This document shows, one piece after another, positions 19,003 through 27,886 of a stretch of 64,000 nucleotides of DNA (positions are counted from its first letter, which is position 1; each line of letters opens with the position of its first letter). The notes beneath the pieces were generated by a model, which was not told the DNA's origin, searched no databases, and saw only the letters and a program-made list of their open reading frames with translations. The stretch lies in IMG/VR virus record IMGVR_UViG_3300044591_002613; one strand, given 5' to 3'. The stretch comes from a virus. The translations under genes were made by a program, and so were the position numbers.

Positions 19003-19383
19003 TTACATATACTTATCGGAAGTTTTGGCTCTAACTTTAATACTATTGCAATCAATTTTTAGCGTTATTCCTTCTAAAACATTGAATTTTCCTACAGTGG
19101 AAGACAAGCCTGAATCCCATTTATTATTATCTAAACGCCAACGATAATAATATCTTTTATTTTTATGGTCAATTTTTTCAACGCGAACAAAATGCCTAGA
19201 CTTCCAAACATTAGATGTTGGATCTACTAACATTAGACAATCGCCAATAGCGTACTTGCTTGTCGGTTCTTTGAGTGCGTCTTGAGGAACAATAGGCGCT
19301 TCTGTTGGTTTGTTAGAAACACATGCCGCCAGTAGGCCAAACAACGCTATCTTACTAAATGTATTCAACCCATCCGTCCTCAT
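19003..19383 (-). CDS. Lipoprotein
   Basis: Lipobox LAAC; C-terminus reads through promoter repeat (KVRAKTSDKYM). Confidence 0.65.
   Translation of the reverse strand: MRTDGLNTFSKIALFGLLAACVSNKPTEAPIVPQDALKEPTSKYAIGDCLMLVDPTSNVWKSRHFVRVEKIDHKNKRYYYRWRLDNNKWDSGLSSTVGKFNVLEGITLKIDCNSIKVRAKTSDKYM
19010..19039 (-). promoter_or_regulatory. sigma28-type promoter repeat 11
   Basis: TAAAGTTA-GAGCCAAAACT-TCCGATAA. Confidence 0.8.
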
Positions 19384-19552
19384 AGTTGCGAAATATCTTA
19401 TTGATTAAAGTAGTGACTTCGCCTCTTTCCATATTCATGTCATGAATTGTTGACATATCGTAAACATTATCTTCAAGGTAGAAGAGCGCAACTTTAAGAA
19501 GGTCAATTTCTTTTTCGGTCAAAAATTCGAGCACTTCTGAATTTTTCATAAA

Positions 19553-19942
19553 TCACCAACTTGCTTGATAGTAAATGGCGCGGGTTTCGATTTCTGGGCT
19601 TGACCTAATCCATCGTATAGCTTGCTGCAAAACTTCTATTGAATATGGCCGATCATCAGACGAGCTAACGCCAAAGAAAAACCCTTTTGTATCTGGCAGT
19701 GCCTCCATCTTTACAGCATCCAAAATTGTTTCTAGTGCCTTTTCATTCAGATAAATTTTCTGGCAATTGTCTTCTCCATTGCCGAACTGTTGAACTATAA
19801 ACCCATGCAGGTCTGGATGTTTTCTCCAGTAAGCCAATTCAACTTCCATTGAAGTTATCTGATAACCATCTTCACATTTTAGCGGTCTTGTGCTATAATA
19901 CGCTGGAAATTTAAGACCGCGCAAGTACATATCAAGGCCCAT
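19553..19942 (-). CDS. Conserved phage protein (MGLDMY/YWRK/YYQASW family)
   Basis: Characteristic motifs. Confidence 0.75.
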   Translation of the reverse strand: MGLDMYLRGLKFPAYYSTRPLKCEDGYQITSMEVELAYWRKHPDLHGFIVQQFGNGEDNCQKIYLNEKALETILDAVKMEALPDTKGFFFGVSSSDDRPYSIEVLQQAIRWIRSSPEIETRAIYYQASW

Positions 19943-19954
19943 AAATCACCTCCC

Positions 19955-20416
19955 TTAAAGACTTTGTGCATAATCGTCAATTTGATATTCGTAAAAACTA
20001 CTTTCTAATTGAAACTCATCTTCAAACTCTTTCGGTAGCGTTTCAAAACATTCTGGCGTATGTGGGTAGTTATACTCAGTCATATGTCCGTTGTCATATT
20101 TGCCTAAAATACAACCACCCGATTCATCCCACAGGGCATAAACGTCAAAGCCTAGTTCGTTCATTTTGAAATAAAATTGAACTGGAGGACTCCATGCAGT
20201 CATAAAATATAGTTTCATCATGTTATTTTCTTGGATAGCAACAGTGGGTTCGCTAATCTCCCACTTTGTTCCCCAATGATCAAAATGGCTCTGGCCTTCT
20301 GGAACTGAAGCAAACGTACTAAATAAGTTCTCTTGATTACTCGCATCAACTGCTTTTTTGATCATCGACTGATCATAATGCCTGAGTGTTAAAACATTCG
20401 TACACCAGTTTGGCAT
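19955..20416 (-). CDS. DUF1281/YubB ferredoxin-like domain protein
   Basis: MPNWC.N, WGTKW, F.TAWSPP. Confidence 0.8.
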   Translation of the reverse strand: MPNWCTNVLTLRHYDQSMIKKAVDASNQENLFSTFASVPEGQSHFDHWGTKWEISEPTVAIQENNMMKLYFMTAWSPPVQFYFKMNELGFDVYALWDESGGCILGKYDNGHMTEYNYPHTPECFETLPKEFEDEFQLESSFYEYQIDDYAQSL

Positions 20417-20439
20417 TGATGGTTCCTCCCGCTTACATA

Positions 20440-20469
20440 TACTTATCGGAAGTTTGCAATCTAACTTTA
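20440..20469 (-). promoter_or_regulatory. sigma28-type promoter repeat 12
   Basis: TAAAGTTA-GATTGCAAACT-TCCGATAA. Confidence 0.8.
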
Positions 20470-20470
20470 A

Positions 20471-20821
20471 TTAAATTTTTTCAAGGTCTCTTTGTAGAAT
20501 ATGTTTTCCACAAGCTACATATCGCCATTCACTGTCAACTATAGATCCTGGTTGTCCGCATCTTTCGCAAGTTGTTTGGCTTCTTTTACACGCTTCGCTG
20601 ATCAACTCATAGTCTTCGTCGGAGTATAGAGCCGCATATATTCTCATAGAGCCAAACTTTTCTTTTATTTGCCTAAAATAAATATCTTTATTATGAGACA
20701 ACTGCTCGCACAGATCCCATATAATTTCATACCAGCCTTCATTTATTTCAAACGAACACTTTTTCAGTTTCTTTGGGAAGGCTTCCATTAAGTCTTCGTA
20801 GGTTATTTTTTTAGGTTTCAT
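20471..20821 (-). CDS. Conserved phage protein (QIKEKFG + CxxC)
   Basis: EGW, QIKEKFGSMRIY, TCERCG. Confidence 0.75.
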   Translation of the reverse strand: MKPKKITYEDLMEAFPKKLKKCSFEINEGWYEIIWDLCEQLSHNKDIYFRQIKEKFGSMRIYAALYSDEDYELISEACKRSQTTCERCGQPGSIVDSEWRYVACGKHILQRDLEKI

Positions 20822-21476
20822 TGGTAGTCCACGCTTTTGATGGTGCGCCATGATAAATCAGGCCGATATTTGGAGAATCCCCCAAGCCCGCCACTAGGTC
20901 ATCTTCACTCGCATCAACGTATCCGGCAGCAAGCAATTCTTCTCGAGAACCAAAAACTCTGGAGTGAGGTTTTGAACGGTCGATTTCTTTATCGAACAGG
21001 CCACCCTCACTAAATATGAGCTTGAAGTTTTGTGGAACGGTGATAGCGCGAAAGAATCGAACCATCTTTGTATAGGCATAGAACCTAATGTTTGGATTAG
21101 CCTCCATGATTTGTTTCCACTTGCGCCAGTAGTTGAGCGCATAGAAGTCGCCGGAATCATGTATTCTAATAACAACCTGTGTATTCTTTTTAGATGCTTT
21201 TCTTACAATTTCGTTAATTTCAAGCTGCATTAGTTCTGGAAAGCTTTCTAATGTAGTTTGAGTATATCGCCATTCATAAACAGAGGCTACATTTGAAAAT
21301 CTATATGCACCTTGCTGAGCATAACAACCGTTTTCTTTGGCACAGATGCCAGCGGCAGGGCAAGTTATCTTGCCATCTCGTGTTTTATAGGCGGTGATAC
21401 CAAAATTCCACAACTGAATATCATGTTTTTTGCCAGACTTTCTGATTTTGGCATTTTTAGTCAAGAGCGTTGGCAT
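20811..21476 (-). CDS. GP88-family protein
   Basis: TCP.A..C....CYA..G, IRIHDSGDFY, YAYTK. Confidence 0.85.
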   Translation of the reverse strand: MPTLLTKNAKIRKSGKKHDIQLWNFGITAYKTRDGKITCPAAGICAKENGCYAQQGAYRFSNVASVYEWRYTQTTLESFPELMQLEINEIVRKASKKNTQVVIRIHDSGDFYALNYWRKWKQIMEANPNIRFYAYTKMVRFFRAITVPQNFKLIFSEGGLFDKEIDRSKPHSRVFGSREELLAAGYVDASEDDLVAGLGDSPNIGLIYHGAPSKAWTTNET

Positions 21477-21492
21477 GTTATTTCCTCCACTA

Positions 21493-21522
21493 AACATATC
21501 GGAGTTTTACAATCTAACTTTA
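21493..21522 (-). promoter_or_regulatory. sigma28-type promoter repeat 13
   Basis: TAAAGTTA-GATTGTAAAAC-TCCGATAT. Confidence 0.8.
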
Positions 21523-21798
21523 TAGTTCAAACGAAAGGCTTAAATCATTTTTAAGCTGTTCTATATCGCCATGAATCAAAACTTTTTCTTCCCAATTATG
21601 TTCAAAAATGGGTAAACCCTTGGCATCTCTAATTAATCTTTTGTTTCCATCTAGTTGGTAATAGCCAAGTTCTCCAAGAGCCTCTGACATTTCTGTAAAT
21701 CTATTTATCCACTTAATCTTTTGATCACCCAGTTTAACAAACGCCCATCTATGTGCATCCATTATGACAGCTTTAGTTCTTGCTTGATATATCATCAT
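21520..21798 (-). CDS. Hypothetical protein
   Basis: Stop overlaps promoter. Confidence 0.55.
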   Translation of the reverse strand: MMIYQARTKAVIMDAHRWAFVKLGDQKIKWINRFTEMSEALGELGYYQLDGNKRLIRDAKGLPIFEHNWEEKVLIHGDIEQLKNDLSLSFEL

Positions 21799-22003
21799 CG
21801 CTGTAAAATCCTCTTTCGATTAAAGCATTTGTAAGATGTTTTTCAAAATAAACTTGTACATCACGTCTTTGCAGTGGGCTCCAGCACTGCGGCAAAGATG
21901 TTTCCAGCTCTTCGATCAACATATCAAATAGAGATATAACGGCTTTATATTCATTAAATACCGATTCTTTTGACGGGCTAGTAGTATCGTTTTTCATAAA
22001 CAT
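21773..22003 (-). CDS. Hypothetical protein
   Basis: GGAGG RBS behind promoter 22019. Confidence 0.6.
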   Translation of the reverse strand: MFMKNDTTSPSKESVFNEYKAVISLFDMLIEELETSLPQCWSPLQRRDVQVYFEKHLTNALIERGFYSDDDISSKN

Positions 22004-22018
22004 TTCCTCCCTTACATG

Positions 22019-22048
22019 TACTTATCGGAAGTTTGCAATCTAACTTTA
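22019..22048 (-). promoter_or_regulatory. sigma28-type promoter repeat 14
   Basis: TAAAGTTA-GATTGCAAACT-TCCGATAA. Confidence 0.8.
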
Positions 22049-22049
22049 G

Positions 22050-22661
22050 TTAATGAGTGGCAAATTTCCAATCTTCTGGGTATAAGAAAATATTTCCAGA
22101 AATTGTGCAACGATTTGTATCTTGTTTTTGCATATGAACGCCGTGGCTGAGGTGAGATGGGAAAATAATCATTTGCCCCTCCTTCACTTGTGGCGAAAAA
22201 ATATCTGGCCAATGCGTTTTGCTAAATAAACTCAAAATTCGATTTAAACCAGAGGCCGAGTAATTTTTAGCCTTATCATTTACGAAATAAAACTCTGCAT
22301 CATTTTCATTAAGATTCATAAAATAAACATAAGAAAAATTTGAAATTGGAGATACGTGATGATGAATTTCTTGCCAACAGCCTTGGTTATAAATATTCAT
22401 CCAAACAGATTCTATGTTGTATTTAAGTTCTTTATGTGCCCCAAAATCATTAACCATCTTTAACACTGCAAAATGTAATTGTTTTAAAAACAATTCGTAA
22501 TCTATTTCTTTATTTTTTGCGCGACTTGTGAATACTTTGCAGGGCCACATCAATTGTTCTTGGCATTTTTCTTTTGCAATTGGTAAGAAATGATCTTTTA
22601 AAGATTCGTGGTTAGTAACTTCATAAATGTAATAAAACTCTGGAAATAATTGTTGAATCAT
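22050..22661 (-). CDS. 2OG-Fe(II) oxygenase (TIGR02466-like)
   Basis: WMNIY..G..QEIHHH..FSYVYF..EGQMIIFPSHLSHGV..RCTISGN. Confidence 0.85.
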   Translation of the reverse strand: MIQQLFPEFYYIYEVTNHESLKDHFLPIAKEKCQEQLMWPCKVFTSRAKNKEIDYELFLKQLHFAVLKMVNDFGAHKELKYNIESVWMNIYNQGCWQEIHHHVSPISNFSYVYFMNLNENDAEFYFVNDKAKNYSASGLNRILSLFSKTHWPDIFSPQVKEGQMIIFPSHLSHGVHMQKQDTNRCTISGNIFLYPEDWKFATH

Positions 22662-22679
22662 ATATTAAACTCCCACATA

Positions 22680-22709
22680 TACTTATCGGAAGTTTGGAGT
22701 CTAACTTTA
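22680..22709 (-). promoter_or_regulatory. sigma28-type promoter repeat 15
   Basis: TAAAGTTA-GACTCCAAACT-TCCGATAA. Confidence 0.8.
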
Positions 22710-22710
22710 G

Positions 22711-23031
22711 TTAAATATATTTTTCGATTTGGTAAAAGATTACATGATCTTTGTAGGTGTGCCAGAATGGACTGCTGAATATATCGGCAAGGTTTTCAAA
22801 AAGTTCCATGTTGTGATGAAACCTTGAAGCCATAAAATACTTTATTGATATGTCTGGATAGCGGTTGTAAAGTTGTACTGGCCCTTCTTTTGCATATACC
22901 TCTGCAGACGCAAAGTCGGGAGCATCAAACTTAAAAAAGATTAATTCTCCATATGGAAATTTCTGTAAATCAAAATAAGCGGGCTTTCTTGACCCAAAAT
23001 CTATAGATATTCCATAGTAGGTTGGCATCAC
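22711..23031 (-). CDS. Hypothetical protein
   Basis: Operon ORF. Confidence 0.55.
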   Translation of the reverse strand: MMPTYYGISIDFGSRKPAYFDLQKFPYGELIFFKFDAPDFASAEVYAKEGPVQLYNRYPDISIKYFMASRFHHNMELFENLADIFSSPFWHTYKDHVIFYQIEKYI

Positions 23032-23432
23032 AGACCCTTTAACAGTTCTTCAAAGTCGGGGCAGGCGAGGATGTTACTCCGAAGTTCTGGATATTTTTCT
23101 AGGGCTTTCTTGTAGGCTCTGCGATAAACAAAAGAGTGGTACGGCACTATTAGCTTGTTTAAGTATTTCATAATGAAAGATCCGTACTTCAAGTCTAGAC
23201 CGTATAACCACTTTGGCCACGTCACATAAACATGGCGTGGTTTGAACAATTGATAAAAAGAATAGCAACCAATAGAGCAATACACTCTAATGGTTCCAAA
23301 CTTTGATTTAGTTTGTCGAACGTTGATGCGACCATATTTAACAAGATAATCACCAATTTCATCGGCTATAACGCTGCATTGCCATTCATCGTAATCGTTG
23401 TTTAGCTCGTATTCTTCTGTTTCCATGACCAC
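23028..23432 (-). CDS. Conserved phage protein (QTKSKFGTIRVY)
   Basis: Motif shared with 20471-20821. Confidence 0.6.
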   Translation of the reverse strand: MVMETEEYELNNDYDEWQCSVIADEIGDYLVKYGRINVRQTKSKFGTIRVYCSIGCYSFYQLFKPRHVYVTWPKWLYGLDLKYGSFIMKYLNKLIVPYHSFVYRRAYKKALEKYPELRSNILACPDFEELLKGL

Positions 23433-23437
23433 TTCCT

Positions 23438-23632
23438 TTATACCAGCTCAAGCTCAACAAAGTCATATCCAAAATGACCCCCCATGGCCCACCCCTTTTG
23501 ATTATATTCTTTTACAAGTTCTAAATTGAGTAGGTTTACTTGTGTTTGGGCCTTCTCTTTATTTGTAAATACAGGCTGACCAGCTACAAGTTCTAAGGCA
23601 TCGCCAATAAATACAATCACATAAACTAACAT
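23438..23632 (-). CDS. Small protein, family E
   Basis: VYVIV..VF.NKEKA..ELEL; like 27092 and 27304. Confidence 0.6.
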   Translation of the reverse strand: MLVYVIVFIGDALELVAGQPVFTNKEKAQTQVNLLNLELVKEYNQKGWAMGGHFGYDFVELELV

Positions 23633-23641
23633 AACTCTTTC

Positions 23642-24103
23642 CTACTTTGTAAGAGTAAAAAGTTCTCGAAACCTTTTAGCTTTTGTTAACGGCAAATCTC
23701 CTGTGTAAACGTCATAAGTTTTGCCGTTCAATTTACATTGGCGTTCTTTGTTTAGCATTTGTTTGATTTTTGTGACGATGTTTAACGGAATTGTTTCGTC
23801 AACCAACGCCTTAGCAGAAGTTTTAACAGGATTTGTCGTGGTAAGAACCCCAGAAACAAAAATAACGCCATCGGTCTTGTAGGTTGTTGTTCTCGAACGA
23901 ACATGAGGCCGGAGCATGTTTATGATCGATTGAGGAGCTAATAGTTCTGGAGCAATAATTGTAGAGGCATTTGCAAGCTGTGCAATTTCATCAATAACAC
24001 AGTTAGTATCTGCCGCTTTATTTTGGTTCACTGGAGCCATAGCTACTGAGCCAACAGTTCCAACGCAAACACCAAGAATAAATACAATCACATAAACGGG
24101 CAT
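23642..24103 (-). CDS. Membrane-anchored/secreted protein
   Basis: Hydrophobic N-terminus. Confidence 0.6.
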   Translation of the reverse strand: MPVYVIVFILGVCVGTVGSVAMAPVNQNKAADTNCVIDEIAQLANASTIIAPELLAPQSIINMLRPHVRSRTTTYKTDGVIFVSGVLTTTNPVKTSAKALVDETIPLNIVTKIKQMLNKERQCKLNGKTYDVYTGDLPLTKAKRFRELFTLTK

Positions 24104-24114
24104 GATTATTTCCT

Positions 24115-24477
24115 CTATAACATATATGCCAATACTTCCTGCATCATATTTTTAACAGTATCTACGTCGTCGTAGTCAACACTCATTATTGGAGAACGCT
24201 GTAGGTTTTTTAGATGTTCGGGCATAGTGGCAGAATACTGCAGACATAAAACGCCAAAAGTAATCTTGCCTCCACGTTCATGGAACAAAATTCTCATTTC
24301 AATTGGCGCTTTCCAATTGACGTATATTTGGCCGCCCAACTCTCCTGTTATACTGTCTGGTTCTGGAATAACACCCCCCTCCATGAGGCGGGTTAGAAAT
24401 TTTTCAATTTTATGTTTGTGGTTGATCTTAGCTATATGACGACTTTCGGCAATCTGTAAGAGTTCGTTATATGACAT
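24115..24477 (-). CDS. Hypothetical protein, family C
   Basis: FLTRLME..IPEP..I....GQIYVNW. Confidence 0.65.
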   Translation of the reverse strand: MSYNELLQIAESRHIAKINHKHKIEKFLTRLMEGGVIPEPDSITGELGGQIYVNWKAPIEMRILFHERGGKITFGVLCLQYSATMPEHLKNLQRSPIMSVDYDDVDTVKNMMQEVLAYML

Positions 24478-24886
24478 AAGAATATATACCCGAAATTATT
24501 TTCTTAACATGATCGTGTTGCGATAGACCATACAGTTTTGTAAATGATGGTGACCATAGTTCGGCATATTCATCAGCTATAATTGTCCATTCTTTTGTAC
24601 TAAAACCAGGAGAGTATATTTTAAGGCTAATTTCGTCATGGATTCTTAGATCAAAATGTATTTGAATTTGTATATAGAGTTTTGGCCAGAACCAATATGC
24701 TTGTACAATGCCGTCTGGCGCAACTTGAATCCCCGGAACCGGAATCTCACTATCTTCAATCATTTTGATTAAAAACGTTTCTATATCTTTCCAATGAGGC
24801 TCGCGCTCAATTAAATTGAGGCGGTGTTTAATTTTTTGTTCGTTTGTCATATTTCTTTCAGCAGCAGATATATACTGATTATTCAT
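24467..24886 (-). CDS. Hypothetical protein, family C
   Basis: FLIKMIE..IPVP.I..APDGIVQAYW. Confidence 0.65.
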   Translation of the reverse strand: MNNQYISAAERNMTNEQKIKHRLNLIEREPHWKDIETFLIKMIEDSEIPVPGIQVAPDGIVQAYWFWPKLYIQIQIHFDLRIHDEISLKIYSPGFSTKEWTIIADEYAELWSPSFTKLYGLSQHDHVKKIISGIYSYVI

Positions 24887-25113
24887 TTTTTTAGCTCTCC
24901 GTCTTCAGGCTCCCACAACGCATAATAATGCGATTCTTCAACTTCTTTTAATCCACTTTCTGGAAATAGTTGTTCTAATTTGATGCCTGGCGGTTGCATA
25001 CCAAGTTCTTCTAAAAAACGTAATAGCTTATCTGCGCCATCTTCATATTCGAGCTTGACACCTTCCTTAAGAATATAATTGCTTAAAAGATGAACGAGTG
25101 CGCTGCGTTTCAT
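24883..25113 (-). CDS. Hypothetical protein
   Basis: LEELGMQPP. Confidence 0.55.
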   Translation of the reverse strand: MKRSALVHLLSNYILKEGVKLEYEDGADKLLRFLEELGMQPPGIKLEQLFPESGLKEVEESHYYALWEPEDGELKK

Positions 25114-25172
25114 AATTTGTACTCAACATAAACATTTGTTGGTTGATATGTCGATAAAAACTGATTTTGTAA

Positions 25173-25391
25173 TCATTCAACTGTTTCGATTTGATAACCA
25201 TAGGCCCAATGACCGTTGTCGAGGGAAAAGACTGTACGGTTCTTATCTTTAAGATCAATTGCATCAACTAGCTCACCGTATTTTTCTCGTTCGCTTTCAC
25301 AAAGTTCCATTCTTACAACAACAGCTTTTTTGGGTGATTGAGCACCCCATCCGCCTCTCCAAATAACAACATCACCTTCTTTAATAGCCAT
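25173..25391 (-). CDS. Small SH3-like hypothetical protein
   Basis: IKEGDVV.WRG.WG...LDNGHWAYGYQI. Confidence 0.65.
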   Translation of the reverse strand: MAIKEGDVVIWRGGWGAQSPKKAVVVRMELCESEREKYGELVDAIDLKDKNRTVFSLDNGHWAYGYQIETVE

Positions 25392-25400
25392 TTCAATCTC

Positions 25401-25667
25401 CTAATCAACCCATTCGTATTCAAACACGTCTACTTTACAACCAAAAATGCCATACAAAATACCCGGAAGACAAAACGGATTAAACGGAACTTCTTTAAGC
25501 CGCTTAGTGTCATCTGAATGAACATTGCATTTATAAATAAAATTTTTTGTTGGATAACCCTTCAAAAGAGTCACATCTTCAAAATTGTCATCCAATTGAA
25601 TCACAACTTCTGCGGGTCTGGAAACCCGATAGTTAGTCCACTCAATGTTGAATATCCGAATTATCAT
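25401..25667 (-). CDS. Small protein, family B
   Basis: MIIRIFNIEW...FEYEWVD. Confidence 0.75.
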   Translation of the reverse strand: MIIRIFNIEWTNYRVSRPAEVVIQLDDNFEDVTLLKGYPTKNFIYKCNVHSDDTKRLKEVPFNPFCLPGILYGIFGCKVDVFEYEWVD

Positions 25668-25688
25668 TCCGCTGCTCCTTCCTGCATA

Positions 25689-25718
25689 TACTTATCGGAA
25701 CTTTGGAATCTAACTTTA
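25689..25718 (-). promoter_or_regulatory. sigma28-type promoter repeat 16
   Basis: TAAAGTTA-GATTCCAAAGT-TCCGATAA. Confidence 0.8.
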
Positions 25719-25724
25719 GCGTTT

Positions 25725-26015
25725 TTATTTTATAAATGAAGTATTTTTGCGATCTAAATAAACAACGTGTGGAGAAAATTCTTCTTCGTTGTTTGTTTTT
25801 TCTTGGTGCTGGCGGTGGAGGTCAATAGCTTTTGTAAGTGCCTCACCATCTTCAAGCAATGAACTCCAGTCAAGAGGTTCGCTAACTTGCTGATCTACAT
25901 AGCCATACAAATCTTCAAGATCATGAGCAAACGTGTAATACGATAATTCATTATTTTTGGCTCTGATAAAAAATACGCGAGGAGCTATTCTTTTGGGGTT
26001 AGATTGTTTCTGCAT
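25725..26015 (-). CDS. Hypothetical protein
   Basis: Operon ORF. Confidence 0.55.
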   Translation of the reverse strand: MQKQSNPKRIAPRVFFIRAKNNELSYYTFAHDLEDLYGYVDQQVSEPLDWSSLLEDGEALTKAIDLHRQHQEKTNNEEEFSPHVVYLDRKNTSFIK

Positions 26016-26385
26016 ATAATTCCAACATATGATAGCGCAATGCTTTTACGTCTCTGTAACTCCATTCCATAGCAAATGAGCTTGCCTGACGCAACCAGTT
26101 TTCGCTTTTAATCTTTTTACCCGCTGTGACCATAACATCAACATATTCGCAAAACACCATTTTGACCCCTCCGTTGATCCATTCTTGTTCTCCGTCCAAA
26201 TACCAAAATACATTGATGTAACTTGGTTTTTTATCTACTTTTGAAATAGCAATCTGAGAAGGGTAAGGCAAATCATCGCCAATTAATTCTGTTAAAAATT
26301 TTATGACCGTTTCGTTATCGGCAGCATGAGGAAACGTGGCCACGGCTTCAATATCGCTTTTTATTTTCTCATAAAGTTTTTGCAT
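25999..26385 (-). CDS. Hypothetical protein, family C
   Basis: FLTELI..DLPYP..I...YINVFW; MLELYAETI. Confidence 0.7.
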   Translation of the reverse strand: MQKLYEKIKSDIEAVATFPHAADNETVIKFLTELIGDDLPYPSQIAISKVDKKPSYINVFWYLDGEQEWINGGVKMVFCEYVDVMVTAGKKIKSENWLRQASSFAMEWSYRDVKALRYHMLELYAETI

Positions 26386-26734
26386 ATAACTCCGTCATAT
26401 ATTTTTTTATTTTTAAAACCTCTTCATATTTCCAATGTTTTGTTAATAAATGATTAATTTGTTCTGGCTTATAAACATCAAAAAGAGAAACGCCCGCAGG
26501 ATAATTGCTTGCGATCAAGTAAATTTCAAGCCAGTCGTGATAACGGAAGTTGATTGCAACACCTAAATCATCCCATTGAACAAATATACGTTCATCTTTG
26601 GCACCAACTTCTGGTGGCGGCAAACCACCGGATAATAGTTCAGAAAGAAACAATTTTACTTTCTTTTTCTGGTCAACAGCCCATCCATCTGAGCCAAGGC
26701 TATCAATTTGTTTGCCTAATTCTTTAGATAACAC
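26369..26734 (-). CDS. Hypothetical protein, family C
   Basis: FLSELL..GLPPP....RIFVQW; MTELYAKTL. Confidence 0.7.
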   Translation of the reverse strand: MLSKELGKQIDSLGSDGWAVDQKKKVKLFLSELLSGGLPPPEVGAKDERIFVQWDDLGVAINFRYHDWLEIYLIASNYPAGVSLFDVYKPEQINHLLTKHWKYEEVLKIKKYMTELYAKTL

Positions 26735-27095
26735 GAGAATATATGTCCACCATAAGTTTTTTGATTATTGGCAAATCTTCGTAGCAACGATCTGCCCTAA
26801 ATTCATATAAAATATGTCGAAACACTGGATCTGTTAACTCTTCTAGAAAATAGGCATACGGTGCTATCGACGTCTGATAAAACTCTAAAAGAATAGACTG
26901 GTATCCGTCTTCCCCATTACCATTAAATCTCCACCTGACTGATATTGGAATACCATCTGCTGGAATGATTATGTTTGTTGGGAGCGGAAGGTCGGTATTC
27001 TCCAATAACTGCTGCACAAAGCGTTCTGCTTTTTCTTTGAGGATCTTTTTATCCTGTTCAGATATTTTTAGGTGGTCGGGAAGATCGTATTTCAT
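26724..27095 (-). CDS. Hypothetical protein, family C
   Basis: FVQQLLE..LPLP..I..PADG.PISVRW; MVDIYSRVI. Confidence 0.7.
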   Translation of the reverse strand: MKYDLPDHLKISEQDKKILKEKAERFVQQLLENTDLPLPTNIIIPADGIPISVRWRFNGNGEDGYQSILLEFYQTSIAPYAYFLEELTDPVFRHILYEFRADRCYEDLPIIKKLMVDIYSRVI

Positions 27096-27307
27096 ACGTC
27101 TACCCAACTACCGACTAAATCAAACTGTTCAATATCATAGCGATGGGCATAAGAATCCCAACCTTTTTCTTTACATTGTTGTATGTGACTTTGTCGAACT
27201 TCTTCTAGTTTGCGCTCGGCATCTTCCCTTTGAAGGAAAATTGTGGATTCTAGGCCGTCAACAAACTCCCATCCTGCTCCGTCAAATAAAACCATATAGG
27301 CTTTCAT
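27092..27307 (-). CDS. Small protein, family E
   Basis: MKAYMV..IFLQREDA..LVGSWVDV. Confidence 0.65.
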   Translation of the reverse strand: MKAYMVLFDGAGWEFVDGLESTIFLQREDAERKLEEVRQSHIQQCKEKGWDSYAHRYDIEQFDLVGSWVDV

Positions 27308-27546
27308 ACGTCTATCCAGCTTCCTTTTAATTCAAGTTGAATGTGGCTAAATTCATAATGTTCTCTTTCTTTGTATCTTTCACAAAAAGACTTATGAGCC
27401 TCGGTAAGATGTTCTACTCGCTTAAGAGCATCTTTTTCTTGCAAGAAAACAAAGTCGTCAAACCAGTTATCGGGAAATCGGGTGACGTTTCCCATAACAT
27501 CCATATCATGATGGATTCTCATTCGATACACCATAAAAACTTTCAT
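27304..27546 (-). CDS. Small protein, family E
   Basis: MKVFMV..VFLQEKDA..LKGSWIDV. Confidence 0.65.
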   Translation of the reverse strand: MKVFMVYRMRIHHDMDVMGNVTRFPDNWFDDFVFLQEKDALKRVEHLTEAHKSFCERYKEREHYEFSHIQLELKGSWIDV

Positions 27547-27572
27547 GAAGACCACCCTTTGTTCCTTATATA

Positions 27573-27602
27573 TACTTATCGGAACAATACAATCTAACTT
27601 TA
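27573..27602 (-). promoter_or_regulatory. sigma28-type promoter repeat 17
   Basis: TAAAGTTA-GATTGTATTGT-TCCGATAA. Confidence 0.8.
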
Positions 27603-27665
27603 GGATATGTTTATTTCATCGACACATAAGAATGGATTTGTCGATAAATTGACAATTTATGAACA

Positions 27666-27881
27666 TTAACTGACCCATTCGTAATCAAAATTTTTGATCT
27701 CGTAGCCAAATTCATTTATCAAAATTCTTATTGCCCGCCATTTGTATTGAGCAAATTGAGCAAGCATGGGGATTTGTTCTTCCGTCCATACGACTTCTTT
27801 AGGCAAGGAAGTAGTGTCTCGAAGGTAGTATTCATGGATAGGGTCTTCCGACCATTCGATATTAAAGATTCGAATTATCAT
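27666..27881 (-). CDS. Small protein, family B
   Basis: MIIRIFNIEW..LPKEVV..FDYEWVS. Confidence 0.75.
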   Translation of the reverse strand: MIIRIFNIEWSEDPIHEYYLRDTTSLPKEVVWTEEQIPMLAQFAQYKWRAIRILINEFGYEIKNFDYEWVS

Positions 27882-27886
27882 TCCCA

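Noticed and set aside
22012-22212. ORF ending KVRLQTSDKYM as a protein family
   Set aside because: The shared C-terminus is only read-through of the promoter repeat; the ORF overlaps the oxygenase
25129-27647. Plus-strand GTCGATAA sites at 25150 and 27640 as antisense sigma28 promoters
   Set aside because: No TAAA box at the correct spacing
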